From the NCBI GenBank assembly GCA_905331295.1, contig CAJNYD010000490.1, positions 1-39,726 on the forward strand: a stretch of 39,726 nt of DNA, read 5' to 3'. The stretch is from Rotaria socialis. Taxonomy: Eukaryota. The first letter of the stretch is position 1. Every line of letters begins with the position of its first letter. The translations under genes and the position numbers were made by a program. This document shows, piece by piece, positions 35,742 to 39,726 of this stretch. Under the pieces are notes generated by a model that saw only the letters and a program-made list of their open reading frames with translations, was not told the DNA's origin and ran no database searches.

Positions 35742-35959
35742 TTAGAGTAGTAAGCGAGCGCACTTAAATATTACAACAGTTGCCGAGGAGTTACCTGGAG
35801 ATTTCACACCAAATCAGAATGTTCGCGGAAAATTATCAAGATGCCCTCGGAGAGACTATAACATTAGTTGATTACATCAGCTCATACAAATCCCCAAAGT
35901 AATCTATATATGGGTGTATAATTATCGATAGATATATGCATAGACATGGGAGTGGTCAC

Positions 35960-36777
35960 TCGTTATATAACGGACACTTTCCCTTTTTCAACAGGTTGGG
36001 AAATAGAAAATGAAATCGAGAAAGAGAAAAGAGCGAGTATATAAAAGGACGAGAAATTGATGGCATAGGTGGGGATTTTTTAGTTAGGGTAGTAACAAGA
36101 AGGAGAATACTTAGAAGATTAAAAACAGTAGTTACGTAGCTAGACATATCAAACGAAAGATAGGGATCATTACCGTGGAACTGTTGTATCACAATCATTC
36201 TTTTTATAATTTACGTCTCAACGCTCAATTTATCTCATTTATACCAGTTTATTGTTCATTGTGTGTATTCATCTTATTATTCAAATAAACATCAGTGAAT
36301 TCGTAACGTTATATTTTAATTCATTGATTTATCTACGAATAAGTACCGACCAAAAACAAAAATATTTCGTTACAATTTCCTATTTAGAAAATCGCACACA
36401 TTTCTTACAATCTAGAAATATGTTTGTGTGCCAAAAAGTACGTCCCTCGTAAAGCACGAGATTACATAGGGGTTATATAAACCACTGGACGTCCGCTCAT
36501 AAGTCATAGAACTAATGGACATCCTTGTATATGACGACACATAATCACCCACTGAACAATACGTAATCGTTCCCTATATCCTTTTCTTTCTCTATATCTG
36601 TTTGTCTCTATGTATGTTCTCTCTCTAGTATATAAACTCGCGTTATATGTGAAATAGACAGTAGTATAAGAAGAGTAATATTAGAGCAGTAGAAAGGCCG
36701 TTGAGTCGAGTTCACTTCTAAACAAGTCAAGTTCCAAGAAGATCGTGTGGAATCGTTGTTAATATATTATACACACA
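35960..36777 (+). mobile_element. Possible solo-LTR-like remnants (two adjacent units)
   Basis: Two units begin GTTATATAA (~35962, ~36472), each has an internal GTATATAAA box, and they end in ..TTACA (~36373) or ..ATACACACA (~36777). An AATAAA is present in the first. No TG start, PBS or gag/pol seen. Confidence 0.25.
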
Positions 36778-36958
36778 GTGGCTAAAATATATAGCTGATA
36801 CTGATCTACACTTTGTTGTCCATCATCCTATATCAGGATATATACGCAATTCTATATATATATATATATCGATAGTTATTTGAAGAATATTTACGCGACC
36901 TAAATATTTTTCCGGTACAGTTTGACTTATAATTACAATGGAGCAATACAAAATATAC

Positions 36959-38125
36959 ATCCTGTACTCCGAAGTAGAAGAAGCAATACACACACTGAAA
37001 AAGAACAAAAGTCCAGGATCAGATGGCATTGCAGCAGAAATGCTACAGGGTGAGTTTTGAAGAATGGGGAAAATATATCTTAGTACCAATACCAAAGAAA
37101 GGAGATCTAAGCGAATGTGCGAATTACCGAACGCGATCTCCCTCATCAACCACACATGAAAAGTACTGCTAATCGTGCTACTGCACAGACTCAAGCAACA
37201 ACTGCTTCATAGACTTCCAAAAAGCATTCAACACAATTAAGCACAAAATCATATGGGCAATGCTAAGGTTATACGGTATACAAGAAAAAATGATGACCCT
37301 ACTACAAAAGATATACGAAAAAGCCCAGTCAGCAGTACGATGATTAGGGAAGAACCAAGGAGAATGGTTCGGTACAGATGTAGGGATCCGACAAGGTGAT
37401 CCTCTGTCACCACTACTGTTCATCGCATATCTCGAACGAGTGAATAACCTGAGATTTGCGGATGACATTGACCTAATAGACGAAGACTGCAGTTCCGTAC
37501 AGAAACAAATCGAGGCAACGAGAATAGCCGCAGAACAAGCAGGGCTACTCGTGAACACGGCCATACACATAGGAGGAAAAACTGTAGAAAATGTGGATGA
37601 ATTCGAATATCTAGGAAGCCTATTGACGTGGGATAACAACTGCTCAGAAGAGATAAAAAGAAGAATGGGAAAAGCAACTGGAACAATGGCATCCTTGAGA
37701 CATATATGGAATGGCAAGAAAACTAACAATAAAAAACAAATTAAGGATCCTAGTAACGCTTGTCTTCAGTGTGCTACTGTACGCCTCGGAAACATGGGTC
37801 CTGAAAGAAACTGACAAGAAAAAGCTACTGGCACTCGAAATGAAATGCTACCGAAGGGTGCTAAGAATCAGCTGGACAGATATGATATAATAGACATAGT
37901 TAAGAAGAAAAATTTAAGACTATCCGGCCATATCTGTAGAATAAACGATAATAGGCTAATCAAACACAATGTAGAGAGTGGCTGGATGGCATCAAAGACT
38001 GGTGCGGAAGCAGCGGACAAGACCTGTTCCACCAAGCGCAAGACCGACGGTTATGGAAAAAACTAATCCACAAAGTGGTTGGCCCCGACGGGCGATAAGC
38101 TTATGGGACATTATGAATCATGAAT
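36959..38125 (+). mobile_element. 5'-truncated non-LTR retrotransposon (RTE-like LINE) reverse transcriptase remnant
   Basis: ILYSEVEEAIHTLKKNKSPGSDGIAAEML, DFQKAFNTIKH, VGIRQGDPLSPLLF, NNLRFADDIDL, VENVDEFEYLGS..CSEEIKRRMGKA. Many deletions and frameshifts. Short (ATGAAT)-like 3' tail. Confidence 0.88.
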
Positions 38126-39726
38126 AGAAATATATTGGAATGAGGAATAATTCTCATTTAAATAAAGTATAGAATAACTTCATGAAATATTATATGTAAT
38201 TCTATACAAAAATGATTCAATCGCAAACACGTAGCACAGTATAAATTCTGATTCTGAAAATGGTATATGTAAACTCAACCTTCTAGCAATGCATTGAAGC
38301 AGTTAAAAGAGAATTAAAGTTGTCTTATTTTTCTATAGTCAATAAATGATCCAAAGAACGCGAAATCCTATAGTCTCTTATCAATAACATTGTCATATTG
38401 CGAACTGATGCATACAATTGGGTTAAGCTGAACAAAGACGCTATATCTATATTGTGAAAGGTGATACAACGATATATATATATTATTTGTCTACTCTAAC
38501 AATGCTGACGTTCATCATTCATGAAAAATTATATATGCAAGCACATTATTGGTATATACGTATGTTCATTAGATTGAAATATTGGAAATCTCCACCTGAG
38601 CAAAGAAACTTCATTGGTACAGTGATCACTTATATATGTTTTTGTTTTCTTCTTGTCAATTGTAAATAAAAATAATGTAGTTTTTCTCCTTTTAGTTGCT
38701 CATTTAATATTATGAAATTGTTCAAATTAAGTTTTCTTATTGCTCGATAGTTATACTGCTAAATCATATTTATCTTATTGTTCATTCCAAAAATGTTATC
38801 GCTGACATAAGTACAAGCCAATGTCTTTTATTAAACTCTATATAAATTATTCTGTGACATTAGCAGGAATGTTAGCTAGAAGAGAAAACGTAAGAATAAC
38901 AGGAGATCTCTCTCTCTCGGGTATAGCTAGTATATGAAATAATTTCGAAAGGATCGAGTAAAATTCTTTGAATAGATCATTTTTCTTTTTAGCAATTCTT
39001 CAAAACAAGTTTTTTCTATACTAGAAGATTATTATATCGAAAGAATCACACATATAGTATATCGTTCTCTCTCTCTCTCTCAAGCGTATTTAAATTCTAT
39101 ATTTTGGTAAAAAATCAAACTTAAAATAATTACATCTAGTTAACCCAAGCAGACATTAAAAAGTCATTCAATCGGAATTTCAAGTGATGAACTCTATTTA
39201 TTTTCCTTTCTTTTGTGAAAATTATATAAGAGTGATGTTTGCAAATTAGAACGTATATCTAATATTAAGCGATCAAAATGAACTTGTCAATTTTGTATCC
39301 GCAGACACATAATATATGTTGTAACTTTCTCTTTCAGAAGTAAGAATTCAACAAACGAGCTGTGATTTGTTCTTTCGGTACAGTAAGTGTACTAGCGGAC
39401 AAATGATTTCGAAAAGGTCTTTAGAATGTATTTTTATCGAAGTACTTTTTGTTTTTGGTACAACATAAAAATCTGAATGATGGAGGGTGGTGAGACATAT
39501 GATTTGATCTCATCACTGTTTTCTTGCAAATATGAAACTAATTTTCATATAGATAGTGTCATTCAATTTCTTTTATTATTGCTTGTAACAGTTATTCGAT
39601 TGTTAGTATATAGAATCTAATCTAGTCACTTATTTGATTTTTGACACAAATCCATGTGTGCATCTTTTTTCGACTACACTCCATAGAAATTTTCATGAAG
39701 CATCTTTTGCTAATTGCATTACGCAT

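Noticed and set aside
36823..37729. Minus-strand ORFs of 123, 183 and 90 aa
   Set aside because: Antisense shadows of the LINE reverse transcriptase.
1..39726. Alternative genetic code or stop-codon read-through explaining the many in-frame stops
   Set aside because: All three stop codons and frameshifts occur together in the broken genes, while hsp70, the ankyrin ORF and pip read cleanly in the standard code.

Overview
AT-rich eukaryotic genomic DNA with short GT-AG introns (mostly 46-60 nt). The mix of bacterial-type genes, an ART-TPR gene family member, many MITEs and TGTGGG-like repeats points to a bdelloid rotifer; this is inference, not a database assignment. Bases 1-22.4 kb are gene-rich: a decayed, intron-containing bacterial-type alpha-2-macroglobulin; a nest of MITEs; a 7-exon gene that splices an Hsp70 in frame to two B-box zinc fingers and a coiled coil; a decayed 2OG-Fe(II) oxygenase/F-box gene; a J-like domain-ankyrin-PARP-like ADP-ribosyltransferase gene split by an assembly N; a small broken PPPDE-like peptidase; a decayed R-S-E ADP-ribosyltransferase-TPR gene; and an intact, intronless bacterial-type proline iminopeptidase. 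Bases 24.5-39.7 kb are mostly transposon remains (CxC5/CxC6-KDZ transposase with uncharacterised co-oriented genes, two hAT remnants, piggyBac, RTE-like LINE, MITEs). The best candidate for an undescribed system is the 7.2-18.8 kb cluster. There the Hsp70 has lost three catalytic residues and the EEVD tail and sits where a TRIM RING would be. About 3 kb away is an HPD-less J domain fused to ankyrins and an ART domain. All assignments come from manual motif recognition; no searches were run.
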